Origin: Nitrospira sp.
Lineage (GTDB): Bacteria; Nitrospirota; Nitrospiria; Nitrospirales; Nitrospiraceae
Direction of reading: 5' to 3'
Assembly (NCBI GenBank): GCA_024998625.1
Contig: JACOEL010000021.1
Span: 114-64,113, forward strand
DNA length: 64,000 nucleotides
How positions within the stretch are numbered: the stretch's first letter is position 1; each line of letters opens with the position of its first letter. A program made the position numbers and the translations under genes. This document shows, in pieces, positions 1 through 9,944 of this stretch. The notes under the pieces were generated by a model, which saw only the letters and a program-made list of their open reading frames with translations, ran no database searches and was not told the origin of the DNA.

Positions 1-1
1 G

Positions 2-37
2 CCTGACCTTGTCAAGAGGGTCAGGATTTATTTTTTT
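2..37 (+). terminator. Rho-independent terminator of an upstream gene outside the window
   Basis: CCTGACC (2-8) / GGTCAGG (19-25) stem followed by ATTTATTTTTTT. Confidence 0.6.
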
Positions 38-159
38 GATCTGGGGTTCCTGAGAATCCGTCGCAGGTCTTACAACCGCATCGGCCACTAGGCTGGATCA
101 AACGTGCATCCTTATACCAATCTGGGTTTTGAGAGTCAAGCCTTGCAAAGATCTTTTTA

Positions 160-1206
160 TTGTCGCAGAGTATTTCTATGGAAAACTGGCTCACGCTAAA
201 ACGACGAAGCCTCCTAAAGCTCACTGGAATTGCGGCTACCGCCCTCCTCACTGGTGGCTGCGATGCAGTCGGATCTGTATTCGGGCGCATGTTCGCCATG
301 CCTCCGCGCGAAACAAATTATTTCACAGAAAACAAAAAATTCTACGTCGTGAACTATTCCGACTCACCTTTTAACGTTTCCCGTGACCTTCGACAGGATG
401 AATGGAAGCTGACAGTCAAAGGGGAAGTCAAGAAACCCCTCTCCCTAAGCTGGCGCGAGCTGTTGAACAGGGATAATTTCGAGCAGATCTCCACCCTCAT
501 GTGCATCGATACATTACCCGGAGGCGATAGCCTCGGGAACGCACGCTGGCGAGGGATTTCGCTCAAGAAACTGTTACAGGAAGCGGAGATTGATGAAGAA
601 ACCACGCGTGACATTGTCTTCCGCGGGGCGGACGCCTACGACGACAGCATTCCGCTGACACGCGCCATGCAGGATGATGTGATGCTTGCGTTCCTAATGA
701 ACGGGGAGAAGTTGCCGAAGGAACACGGCTTCCCATTGCGCCTATTGGTCCCAGGACTCTACGGCATCAAGAATGTGAAATGGATTGTGGAAATCGAGGC
801 ATACGCCGGGGATTATCGAGGCTATTGGCAGCGAAAGGGGTGGACTGATGATGCCACCATCAAGACATTTTCACGCATAGACTCCCCCGGACACTACCAG
901 ACGTTACGCGGCCCCGAGCAGCGATTCCGCGGAATTGCCTTTGGCGGCCCACACTCCATCAGCCGAGTGGAAATCAGCCTGGATGCCACGAGAACGTGGG
1001 ATTCCTGTGAGCTTGAAACGCCGATGTCGCCCTATTCATGGGTCATTTGGAACTACACCTGGCGTCCACCGAAACGCGGCAAGTACCAAGTCGCCGTTCG
1101 CGCGATCGATAGCAAAGGGCAGCCTCAGATCGCCGAACTCATTCGACCGCAGCCGGCGGGGTCGAGCGGACTGCACACGATTATTGCGGACGTGGAAAGC
1201 CTCTGA
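160..1206 (+). CDS. Sulfite-oxidase-family molybdopterin oxidoreductase, Tat lipoprotein (likely start 178)
   Basis: RRSLLK Tat motif and LTGGC lipobox; Mo-binding Cys (LMCID), EHGFPLR, GIKNVKW motifs; C-terminal Ig-like dimerisation domain (VRAID...Q). Confidence 0.85.
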   Translation: MSQSISMENWLTLKRRSLLKLTGIAATALLTGGCDAVGSVFGRMFAMPPRETNYFTENKKFYVVNYSDSPFNVSRDLRQDEWKLTVKGEVKKPLSLSWRELLNRDNFEQISTLMCIDTLPGGDSLGNARWRGISLKKLLQEAEIDEETTRDIVFRGADAYDDSIPLTRAMQDDVMLAFLMNGEKLPKEHGFPLRLLVPGLYGIKNVKWIVEIEAYAGDYRGYWQRKGWTDDATIKTFSRIDSPGHYQTLRGPEQRFRGIAFGGPHSISRVEISLDATRTWDSCELETPMSPYSWVIWNYTWRPPKRGKYQVAVRAIDSKGQPQIAELIRPQPAGSSGLHTIIADVESL

Positions 1207-1272
1207 TCGGGCGACAGTTCGAATACGTATTTGCCCAGCCACACACTCGCCTAACTCCTGACATCGGTGGAC

Positions 1273-1779
1273 TTACGGCGCACGCGATAGCCCAAGACCA
1301 GGGCGGTCGTGAAAGAGGATATCCGTAAGGAATCCGCCCCTGCCGAACATGAGCGGCGACTCGCACAGATCAAATTCGAGCAGATGCGTCCCGAAGGCTC
1401 CCTCCTGCGCAATCACGATGTCGCGATACCGGTCGACCACAGCCAGCGCCACTCTGGTAAAGATGCTGGTTTCCCCTACTTGAGCCCCGACAACGATTGA
1501 AATACCTGCCGCCTTCGCACGCGCGGCGACCGTGCATGCTCTCAGCAGACCGCCCATCTTGGATACACGAATATTCACGGCCCAGAACGAAGGCTCACCT
1601 TCAATCAACGGAAATTGACCGACTCTCACAAAACTCTCGCTCAGAATGATCGGCACGCCACAGCGCCGAGAGAGTGCCCGACACCCCTCGTAATCGCCGC
1701 CCCGCAACGGTTCTTCCAGTGCGATGAACAAGCCATGTAAACTCTGAATATACTCGCAGGCTTCCTCTGAGAACATCAA
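1273..1779 (-). pseudogene. C-terminal fragment of an enolase-superfamily (MR/MLE, dipeptide epimerase-like) protein
   Basis: LEEP, LSES, NIRVSKMGG, GAQVGETS motifs; N-terminal capping domain and first barrel strands are absent. Confidence 0.7.
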
Positions 1780-2053
1780 CGATCACAAACACCGACCACG
1801 CCGCCAAGGCCTTCGGCAGTCCAACATGCACCGATGCCAGAAAGGTCGAATCCTGAACGACCTCAACCCGCGACGGCCGCCAGTCAGATCGATAGGGTAA
1901 CGTGGCCTCGAGCGCCATGATCAGCAAGGTCCCAAGCGTGATCGGCAGATAGGTCGCCGGCAGCACCCCCGTGCCCATATGAAACAGCACCAGATTGCCG
2001 ATTACGCAGGCCAACGGGATTGAGGGATAGGCCCCGTATCGAAGCGGAACCAT
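1780..2053 (-). pseudogene. N-terminal fragment (~90 codons) of a sterol desaturase/fatty-acid hydroxylase-type membrane protein
   Basis: LEATLPYRSDWRP...DSTFLASVHVGLPK resembles the N-terminus of this family; no His boxes follow; runs out of frame into the enolase fragment; start overlaps the upstream stop (TGATG at 2051-2055). Confidence 0.5.
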
Positions 2054-2530
2054 CACACCGCACCCCCTGAGACTGGTGCAACCGAACAGGCTCCTCCCGT
2101 TGCATGAAAGGAGCCACTGACGAGCAGAAAACAAGCCAGCACCAGATGAAATAGCGTCGGCACAATGGCCTCGAGCCAATAGTGATCCGAGCCACGGTGA
2201 GTCCGATCAACAGCCGCAGCCCCATTGCGATGAAATAGACCCAACTAAAGATCAGAAGGAGCCGCCCCTTCTTGACTGAAGGGACACGGTCCCGGACAGA
2301 AAACTCCACACGGCACGACCCCAAGCAGCAAGAATGGTCAATTACAACGAGACGAGCAGGGGATACGGAAGCGCTCCGCTCTGCCAGGTTTCGAATGGCG
2401 GCAGCGAAGTAACCGGCGAGTACACCTGAATCAGCTGTGCCGCCACACGGAAAAAGAACAGGAGCAGCAACCCAAGCGGCAGCAAGCCATAGGGTTGAGA
2501 GATTGGCCGGCCTGACGATGCCTCAGCCAT
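2053..2530 (-). pseudogene. Disrupted small membrane protein
   Basis: Hydrophobic segments spread over three frames: LFFFRVAAQLIQ...PYPLLVSL, then in-frame TAA at 2342-2344, then GRLLLIFSWVYFIAMGLRLLIGLTVA, then a frameshift near 2190 into DHYWLEAIVPTLFHLVLA. Confidence 0.6.
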
Positions 2531-2747
2531 AGCCCCCTTTATTCTATGTCGCATCCCGGTGCAGACAAGAAAAAGTGGATTCGTTAAGGGCTCAGCGCAG
2601 GCGTTCTGATAAATCGGTGAGCGCTCGAAGCCACTACAGGAACATCAGGTCCATGGGGCAGAAGCGAGATGGTCGAAGCGGGAGATGGCGTACTCTCAGT
2701 TGTTCACGTCAATGAAGCAAAATGCAGCGTACCTGAATACGCCGGCC

Positions 2748-3290
2748 CTACCGGCCGGCGTCCATGCGAACATTAGCAAAAGTGTTCGCGAAGAGCTCTA
2801 CCATTGCACGCACCCCTTTTCGGACGGCATCGGAGACTTCGTCTCTCGGCCCATACCCGAGAATGGCTTGATTCCACAGGCTTCCCGGCGTTTTTTGTGC
2901 AGTGTACGACCCCGCATTACAGTCCACGTGATAGGCGGCTATATATTGTTCGCCGACGGTCCAGACCTCACAGGTAAAAAATCCGAGTTGGTTGAGCCGT
3001 TCGGGAGCATCGGAGGAAGGCCCACTCGACGATTCGAGCGCAATCCCCGGCACTTTATTGAGTAACGTCACCCTTGTCACATCGGTCAACTCCGCCCCAT
3101 TGATACCAAGCTTCTCAGCCGTTCCCTGGGTTTGCACTTCGACCGCCACGAACTTTTTAATGTGTCGCATATCAGACAATGGCACGGACTCCGGATTGGC
3201 ACCCAGCGCGGATACGGTCGGCAAAAGACCAATCCCACACAGCACCAGCAACAAGGACACCCTGCGTACGGCGCTTGCCTGTGACCTCAT
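2748..3290 (-). CDS. Secreted hypothetical protein
   Basis: AGGAGAG RBS before ATG 3290; signal peptide (RRVSLLLVLCGIGLLPTVSALG). Confidence 0.75.
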   Translation of the reverse strand: MRSQASAVRRVSLLLVLCGIGLLPTVSALGANPESVPLSDMRHIKKFVAVEVQTQGTAEKLGINGAELTDVTRVTLLNKVPGIALESSSGPSSDAPERLNQLGFFTCEVWTVGEQYIAAYHVDCNAGSYTAQKTPGSLWNQAILGYGPRDEVSDAVRKGVRAMVELFANTFANVRMDAGR

Positions 3291-3469
3291 CGTCACTCTC
3301 CTCGTTCGGTAAAGACGACTCAATGGTTTTACTATTTCGCGCTCTCAGATAACTTCAGCAACCAGGCGTACTCCACGAGCCTGGGCATGGCTACATGACA
3401 ACGCTGACATGCGCGCCATCTTAATCCTCTTCAGGGTTTTTTCCAACGCACAGCATACACCTACCGTCA

Positions 3470-3930
3470 TTAGTCCACGGCGCGCTCCAGCCATGCCCCA
3501 CCGGATCGAGTCTGACCGCCAACGCTGCCGCCAATCCATGCCGCACCGACAAGAGCACAGGAGCATTGTACGTGAGCCATACCCGCCAGGCCTGGTCTTG
3601 CCAGGCCAAGGCCTTCATCGGCAAATCGATGACCACCGTCGGAGCCGCCAACATGAACGGCCTGCCGCCTTTAGGATTACCAAAGATCAGTAACTCCGTA
3701 GGGAGGCATTTCCAACCCGACCTTCCGCGCCTCGTCCGCATGATTGGGCGAGCAAACAGCAGCATTCCCTTGCCGGTGACAGCCCGCACGATCCGATCGA
3801 TCGTCTCAGCGACCGTATAGTGACTGTGCGTTGTCACAAGCGTGTCGTCGGCCTGAGCCGGGGAAACAAGAACCGACAGTCCCGGCAGCTCACCACACAG
3901 ACTGACGATGATCCGATCAAGAGTATTCAT
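3470..3930 (-). pseudogene. DUF302-family protein with frameshifts
   Basis: AAGGAGG RBS; PTELLIFGNPKGG and IDLPMKALAWQD motifs; the expected NHADEARKVGLEMPP segment and the terminal LERAVD-TAA lie in another frame. Confidence 0.65.
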
Positions 3931-4147
3931 GTGAGCTGCCTCCTTACCTCGAACTATTCCTGAACACCAGCTCCGGCGTCCGATCCTCTTGCCCGGCGAG
4001 GCTGTTCTCGTTCGGCCTCCTCGACGGACTGCCAGTACGCCTGCGTCGGCCTCACATGCGAGAAGCCTCAGCGGCTTCCGTCTCGAACGCTTCTCGACCG
4101 CATTCATGAATAATCCGGGTGAAACCCCTGCCATCAGGTACGCCCTC

Positions 4148-4735
4148 TCAGGAATAACCATAAATCTCAGCCGTCTCTGCTCTGGTAAGTTCCCGCCACT
4201 GACCGGGCAGGAGCGCCCCCAAGGTAACCGGACCGATCGCGACCCGTACCAATCGCAGGGTCGGATGGCCCACGGCTGCCGTCATCCGTCGAACCTGGCG
4301 ATTCATGCCTTCGCGCAGGGTGAGTTCCAACCATGCAGTGGACACATGCTTCCGGAATCGAATGGGCACCGGCCGCTCCGGGATCGGAGGCGCTTCCAGC
4401 AACAGACGAGCCAGAGCAGGCTTCGTGCATCTCCCGCCGACCACGACGCCCTGTTGCAGCCGCTCCACGGCAGCCGCATCGGGGATACGCTCAACCTGCA
4501 CAAGATAGATTTTGGGAAGATGGTGCTCGGGATCGGTAATGCGGTGGGCCAACGCTCCGTCCGAAGTCAGAAGCAGGAGACCTTCGCTATCCCGATCCAA
4601 TCGACCGGCAGCATAGACGCCAGGCACATCAATGTAGTCGCCCAGGGTCGGACGCCCCTCCGGATCGGTAAAGCAGGGCAGCACATCGTAGGGCTTGTTG
4701 AACACCAGCGTGCGGGCAGCGCGGTGAACCGTCAT
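4148..4735 (-). CDS. rluE: 23S rRNA pseudouridine synthase E (RsuA family, no S4 domain)
   Basis: FNKPYDVL, AGRLDRDSEGLLLLT, EGMNRQVRRMTAAVGHPTLRLVR. Confidence 0.85.
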   Translation of the reverse strand: MTVHRAARTLVFNKPYDVLPCFTDPEGRPTLGDYIDVPGVYAAGRLDRDSEGLLLLTSDGALAHRITDPEHHLPKIYLVQVERIPDAAAVERLQQGVVVGGRCTKPALARLLLEAPPIPERPVPIRFRKHVSTAWLELTLREGMNRQVRRMTAAVGHPTLRLVRVAIGPVTLGALLPGQWRELTRAETAEIYGYS

Positions 4736-4864
4736 CAGAACGGGACTCTCCGTATCGCCGCAGCCCTCCTGCTCGTCACAGGGGTGGACCGGCAACAGCA
4801 CAACATGATGAGGGAGCTCTTGGGACGAATGAGCCGTAACGAGAGAACTATCGCGGCACCGCGA

Positions 4865-5482
4865 CTAATCAAGCCGCCGGAAGCGCGCGGAGTATTCCTC
4901 ATGAGGAACCGGTGTGCTGAAGAAGGCGGATTTACTCTGATTCATGATGCGGGTCTTGACGAGCAGACTTCCGTCCCCTTCCAAGGTCAATTCCTGCGCG
5001 ATATCGGAAATGTTGCGGAGGGGCTCCTCGGCCACCCCACCTTCCGAACGTGTACGATGGATCCGGATCTGATTGCGATCACAGGTAACCCGATCCTCCG
5101 GCTGTAGATCGAGTTGATGGGCCGTGATGGCCCCATCGAACCGATTGACCAATTCCAGGGTGTCCTCATGCACCAATTCCACACGCACGGCCTCCTGGGC
5201 AACATCGGGGGGCACCGCGACACCGAGCATGGCATTCAACGTCAGTTTGTTATCCCGGTTGCGGTAAAAACTCATCGTGCCAGGGAGAGGTTCTCCTTGC
5301 AGCTCATAGGTTCCACCGATCTTCGGACAATCGGGCCATGCCAAACTCGGCTTCAAGGTCGGAGGCAACGGCGTGCCCGGTGACTGACAACCGGAGAGGC
5401 CGAGAAACCCCGCCAGCGCCAGCACAACGACACGCGCCCCAGTTGGAGCCTGTCGATGCATTGGGTTGGTCACAGCGCTCAT
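4865..5482 (-). CDS. Hypothetical lipoprotein
   Basis: Hydrophobic stretch ending in lipobox LSGC. Confidence 0.7.
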   Translation of the reverse strand: MSAVTNPMHRQAPTGARVVVLALAGFLGLSGCQSPGTPLPPTLKPSLAWPDCPKIGGTYELQGEPLPGTMSFYRNRDNKLTLNAMLGVAVPPDVAQEAVRVELVHEDTLELVNRFDGAITAHQLDLQPEDRVTCDRNQIRIHRTRSEGGVAEEPLRNISDIAQELTLEGDGSLLVKTRIMNQSKSAFFSTPVPHEEYSARFRRLD

Positions 5483-5779
5483 GGAATGAGTCTAGCGAAG
5501 GGACCGTTAGCCTGTCTAGTCCGATTATGCAGGCTCTTCCGGGCAACCCATCCGATGCGTCAACGTGAGACAGTCCACTCATCGGGCAGCACAGAAGCGC
5601 TGGCTGAGGCCCTGCACTCACGCCCACGGATAGCACTGCATTCTCCGAACGACTTGTGAGTATTGCGTGCTAGGGACCCCTCAGGCTTGCTCAAGTATGG
5701 CAAATATGGTTCCATCAGCGTGCCCTCATATTCCCCAACGAGACGTGACGAACCCGGATATTCAACAAGGAGTTCTGCC

Positions 5780-6646
5780 ATGCGATGGGAAGGTCAACGC
5801 GAGAGCCGGAACATCGACGATCGTCGAGGGATGGGCCCGGTCCGGTCCGGTATGGGTCTTGGACTGGGCGGTATCGCCCTAATCCTCGTCGTGAGTTTCC
5901 TGACAGGGACAAACCCCCTGACGCTGCTCAATATGCTCAACGGCGTGCAGGAGATGACCGTCCCCTCGGTTCCGGACAGCTCCGGCCCCATCGGCGCGCC
6001 AAACGACAAGCTCGGGAAATTTGCGTCAGTCGTCCTCGCCGACACGGAAGACACCTGGCGCGCACTCCTCCCCCAAATGGGCCGCGCCTATGAAGATCCC
6101 CGGATGGTATTGTTCACCGGCGCCGTGCGCTCTGCCTGCGGCACAGCCTCATCCGCCGTGGGCCCGTTCTACTGTCCCGGCGATCAGAAGGTCTATTTGG
6201 ATCTCTCCTTCTTCAACGAAATGGCCCAGCGGCTCGGCGCGCCCGGCGACTTCGCGCAAGCCTATGTCATCGCGCACGAAATCGGACATCATGTCCAAAA
6301 CCTGCTCGGTATCGCCGAGAAAGTCACCCGGCTCCAACAACGTGCTTCGACCCCTGAGCGAAATGCCCTCTCCGTGCGCATGGAACTGCAGGCCGATTGT
6401 TTTGCCGGAGTGTGGGGCTACCATGCCCGACACAACCGGAACCTGATCGAACCCGGCGATTTCGAGGAAGGGCTGCGAGCTGCCGCGGCAATCGGTGATG
6501 ATCGGCTTCAGAAGATGGGGCAAGGCCACGTACAGCCTGAAAGTTGGACCCACGGCTCATCCGAACAACGGATGACGTGGTTGCGGCGCGGCCTTCAGTC
6601 CGGCGATCCCAGCACCTGCGACACCTTTTCAGGCGGGCGCGCCTAG
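5780..6646 (+). CDS. ypfJ: Neutral zinc metallopeptidase (YpfJ family)
   Basis: AAGGAG RBS; MRWEGQRES.N.DDRRG, GPFYCPGD, AHEIGHH, ELQADC, THGSSEQR. Confidence 0.9.
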   Translation: MRWEGQRESRNIDDRRGMGPVRSGMGLGLGGIALILVVSFLTGTNPLTLLNMLNGVQEMTVPSVPDSSGPIGAPNDKLGKFASVVLADTEDTWRALLPQMGRAYEDPRMVLFTGAVRSACGTASSAVGPFYCPGDQKVYLDLSFFNEMAQRLGAPGDFAQAYVIAHEIGHHVQNLLGIAEKVTRLQQRASTPERNALSVRMELQADCFAGVWGYHARHNRNLIEPGDFEEGLRAAAAIGDDRLQKMGQGHVQPESWTHGSSEQRMTWLRRGLQSGDPSTCDTFSGGRA

Positions 6647-6764
6647 TACCAGCCCCCTGCATGACGCTGGTCCTCGTCATCGAACCTTGCTCATGACCGG
6701 CATCGCCTTATTGAAAAACGCCGAGGGGTGAACAGTTGGGAATCCGAAAAAAACCGGCTGGTCA

Positions 6765-7322
6765 TCAAAACCCGATACTGATCCCCCCACCCGACCGGCT
6801 TCCGCCTCCGAAACCGACGCCCCCGAACACGCTCCACCAAGGACCGGGCGCTCGACGGTCATCCACCCGCGTGGAATCCCAGCGATGCAGATGCTTTACA
6901 TCCAGTGTCGGAAAACGATAATCCGCCTCATCAATTTTTTCGACCGACGCACCAGTAATTTCGCCGACAATCGTCACCCTGGTCCCATCCGTCATCGTGG
7001 CCGGATCGAGAAACTCATGCTGGAGCGCCAGGAACCGCCCTTTCGACTCCATGCGGTCGGTCACCGGCCCCTGCTCGTCATCGAGCGGGAGCTGCAGTAC
7101 CTCCAGTTGCGTGCCACCCTTCATGCCCTTCGCCTTGAGCACTTCACCGCCCCACATAACGACCTTTCCGCGATACGAGTCAGGGGCTTCCAAGACCTGA
7201 CTGAAGGTCACGGCCTTATCTACCTGTGGTTCAAGCGATTCGGGAATGACCGAGGTTGACGCACAACCGGCGGTCACAGCGAGCAGCCCTATCACCAGAG
7301 ATTGTCTTGCACATAACAGCAT
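6765..7322 (-). CDS. Slp-family outer-membrane lipoprotein
   Basis: TAGC lipobox; WGGEV, LEVLQLPL, GRFLA, VTIVGEI, Y.FP motifs; Gly-rich C-terminal tail. Confidence 0.85.
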   Translation of the reverse strand: MLLCARQSLVIGLLAVTAGCASTSVIPESLEPQVDKAVTFSQVLEAPDSYRGKVVMWGGEVLKAKGMKGGTQLEVLQLPLDDEQGPVTDRMESKGRFLALQHEFLDPATMTDGTRVTIVGEITGASVEKIDEADYRFPTLDVKHLHRWDSTRVDDRRAPGPWWSVFGGVGFGGGSRSGGGISIGF

Positions 7323-7477
7323 GAGGTCAGTATAGCCATGCGGACGCGAGGATGCCACGCTAGAATCTCTGCGCAGCCACCCGTTCATCGCACTGACGCA
7401 CGACCACATTTCATCCGCTCCCGCCTCTGAGCTATACTGCGGCTCTGACGACATCCTCACGAAAGGAACGGTTTCTT

Positions 7478-8512
7478 ATGTCGCGTTCGTCACTTGATTA
7501 CGTCACACGGATTGTGCGTGGTTCGATGGGCATGATGGCCGCCGTAAGTCTGGCCACAGGCATCTTCACGAACGAGGCGGCAGCCATCGAGGCCACGATG
7601 CTGGATCGCGCCAAACTGGCGACCATCGGTGTCCTGGAGGACACGCAAGACCAGCGCACGCCGGACAAACCGGGCAAGATTCTGGTGCGCGGAACCGGCT
7701 TTCATCTTCGCGACGGCTATATTGTCACGGCCCGCCACGCAGCGGAGAAGCACGATGTCACGACCGGCAGCGTCATTCAAAAACAGATCCGTATCCTGAC
7801 CACCGACCTCCATGAAATCCCCGCCGATCTTGTCGGCGACAGCGCATTCATGGACGTCGTGGTCTATCGCGTCGCCGAAGCCCATCGCGCCAAGTTGAGT
7901 GCAACTGTCTCGTTTGCCCTCGGCGACGTGCAACCGGGCCAGGAAGTCTTCACTGTGGGTTACCCCATGGGCTGGGGCCCGACCATGTCGTTCGGACACC
8001 TTGGCAATACGAACACCTTCCTCCAGACCGTGGACACCAGGTTGATTCAAGCCGATGTGGCCGCGTGCAGCGGCAACTCTGGCGGCGGCCTCTTCAACGA
8101 CAAGGGTGAAGTGGTCGGCATCATGCACGCCATCATCCAGACCGAACGGGACGACTCGACCGCACATTGCAGCCGGATGGCCTTTGCCATTCCCGCCATG
8201 CTGGCTGAACGGATCGTCACCGCCGCGCTGGACGGAAAGCCCATGACCTTCTCGAAGATGGGCATTCATATGGTCGCAGTGAAGGACGGCACAAGGTGGC
8301 GCATGGCGGTGAAAGACGTGATGGAACCGGCCAAGTCAGCCGGTATTGAGAAACACGACATCATCATTGCCGTGGATGGCACCGATATTCAGGATGCCGC
8401 ACATTTGAAGAACTATTTGATCGAACGAACCAAGCCCGGCCAACAAGTCAGTGTCAAGGTCCGCCGCATCGATACCAACCTGACGTTTACGGTGACGCTG
8501 GCGGGTGGATAA
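7478..8512 (+). CDS. HtrA/DegS-like S1C serine protease with one PDZ domain
   Basis: VTARH, D and GNSGG triad; C-terminal PDZ (DIIIAVDG..I); signal peptide. Confidence 0.9.
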   Translation: MSRSSLDYVTRIVRGSMGMMAAVSLATGIFTNEAAAIEATMLDRAKLATIGVLEDTQDQRTPDKPGKILVRGTGFHLRDGYIVTARHAAEKHDVTTGSVIQKQIRILTTDLHEIPADLVGDSAFMDVVVYRVAEAHRAKLSATVSFALGDVQPGQEVFTVGYPMGWGPTMSFGHLGNTNTFLQTVDTRLIQADVAACSGNSGGGLFNDKGEVVGIMHAIIQTERDDSTAHCSRMAFAIPAMLAERIVTAALDGKPMTFSKMGIHMVAVKDGTRWRMAVKDVMEPAKSAGIEKHDIIIAVDGTDIQDAAHLKNYLIERTKPGQQVSVKVRRIDTNLTFTVTLAGG

Positions 8513-8521
8513 TCCGACCTG

Positions 8522-9319
8522 TTACGACAGGCCCGGCAGCGCCTGATACCAGCCGTTGGCTTGGGCGAGCATGATGGGACGGTCAAAGAGGGTACTGATG
8601 TGGTCGTTGCACAGGAGTGCAGATTTCCGACTGTCGGCCACAACTTTCCCTCCTTTGAGAAAGATCACTCGATCGATCTCCGGCGGAATTTCGTGCAGAT
8701 GGTGGGTGACGAGGACGACGGTCTTGCCCTTGTGAATTTGCGCGCGCACGAGGTCTAAGTATTGGAAGCAGGATTTGAGATCGAGCCCGCTGGTCGGTTC
8801 ATCCAGGACAAGAACCGGCGGGTCATAAACCAAAGCTCGCCCAAGAAGAAACCGCCGCTGCTCCCCTGTCGAGAGATGCCCGAAGACACGCGTGGCGAAC
8901 GATTCAATGCCTAGCTCCCGCATCACCTCATCGGCCCGGCCTACCTGGTCTCGCGTAAACGCCTGATGGTCGTAGGTGTCGTTGCTGGCGTAGAAACCTG
9001 AGAGGACGACGGTGCGCCCCTCGGCACAGATCAGGTAGTCCCGCTGAAGGTCGTAGGAAACGATCCCGAGTTTCTTGCGCACATCCCAGACATTCCAGCA
9101 TTCCTTACCGAAGAGCCGCATGCGCGTCTCATCCAACGCAAGGGGATGGACTTCACCCGTTAACACCTTGAGTAGGGTCGACTTGCCCGCCCCGTTGGGA
9201 CCGACTATGGCGGCATGTTCTCCCCCCTGGAGGACGAAGGAGAAGTCAGAGAAAACGAGGCTGTCGCCCCGGTAGACCGTGGCATGTTGAATGTCGAGAA
9301 TGGGAGGAGGGAGCGTCAT
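8522..9319 (-). CDS. ABC ATP-binding protein (ModF/YlmA-like), no adjacent permease
   Basis: GPNGAGKST, LSTGEQRR, LDEPT, VTHH. Confidence 0.85.
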   Translation of the reverse strand: MTLPPPILDIQHATVYRGDSLVFSDFSFVLQGGEHAAIVGPNGAGKSTLLKVLTGEVHPLALDETRMRLFGKECWNVWDVRKKLGIVSYDLQRDYLICAEGRTVVLSGFYASNDTYDHQAFTRDQVGRADEVMRELGIESFATRVFGHLSTGEQRRFLLGRALVYDPPVLVLDEPTSGLDLKSCFQYLDLVRAQIHKGKTVVLVTHHLHEIPPEIDRVIFLKGGKVVADSRKSALLCNDHISTLFDRPIMLAQANGWYQALPGLS

Positions 9320-9361
9320 ACAGCAGGTGAGACGGTCACTGCGTAACGTATCGCCTATGGA

Positions 9362-9832
9362 TCAAAACAATCCTGGCCGCATACCGCCGATGGTCTTCCC
9401 AGCCCGGCGAGACTGTTCGAGACCGGCCCGTGCCAGTGCATCCACCCGTTCGTTCTCCGGGTGACCGTTGTGCCCCCGCACCCAGTGCCATTGCAGCTTG
9501 TGGCCGGAGGCGAGCGTGTCGAGACGACGCCACAAATCCTCATTCTTCACCGGCTCCTTGCCGGCGGTTTTCCACCCGCGCCGCTTCCAGCTATGAATCC
9601 ACTCACTGATACCCTTTTGCACGTACTGCGAATCGGTGTAGACACGCGCCTCCACCGGCTGCGTGAGCGACTGCAACGCCTCAATGACGGCGAGCAGTTC
9701 CATGCGGTTGTTTGTCGTGGCGGGATCTCCGCCGCACATTTCCGTTTCGGCGTTGTCTATGCGCAGTAGAGCCCCCCAGCCACCAGGTCCTGGATTTCCG
9801 CTGCAGGCTCCGTCGGTATAAATTTCGATCAT
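9362..9832 (-). CDS. rnhA: Ribonuclease HI
   Basis: [44 protein letters not shown]. Confidence 0.97.
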   Translation of the reverse strand: MIEIYTDGACSGNPGPGGWGALLRIDNAETEMCGGDPATTNNRMELLAVIEALQSLTQPVEARVYTDSQYVQKGISEWIHSWKRRGWKTAGKEPVKNEDLWRRLDTLASGHKLQWHWVRGHNGHPENERVDALARAGLEQSRRAGKTIGGMRPGLF

Positions 9833-9944
9833 CGGCTCACAGTCCTCTTTCGTTCATCATCAAGTATAACGAACGCCCCCTACCCGCCAATCAAACACGC
9901 GAGGTAAACCGAAGACGACTCGGCGTCACAGGATCAGGCTTGAT

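Noticed and set aside
3421-4161. 246-aa ORF as one gene
   Set aside because: The upstream part is read-through; RBS and DUF302 homology start at 3930.
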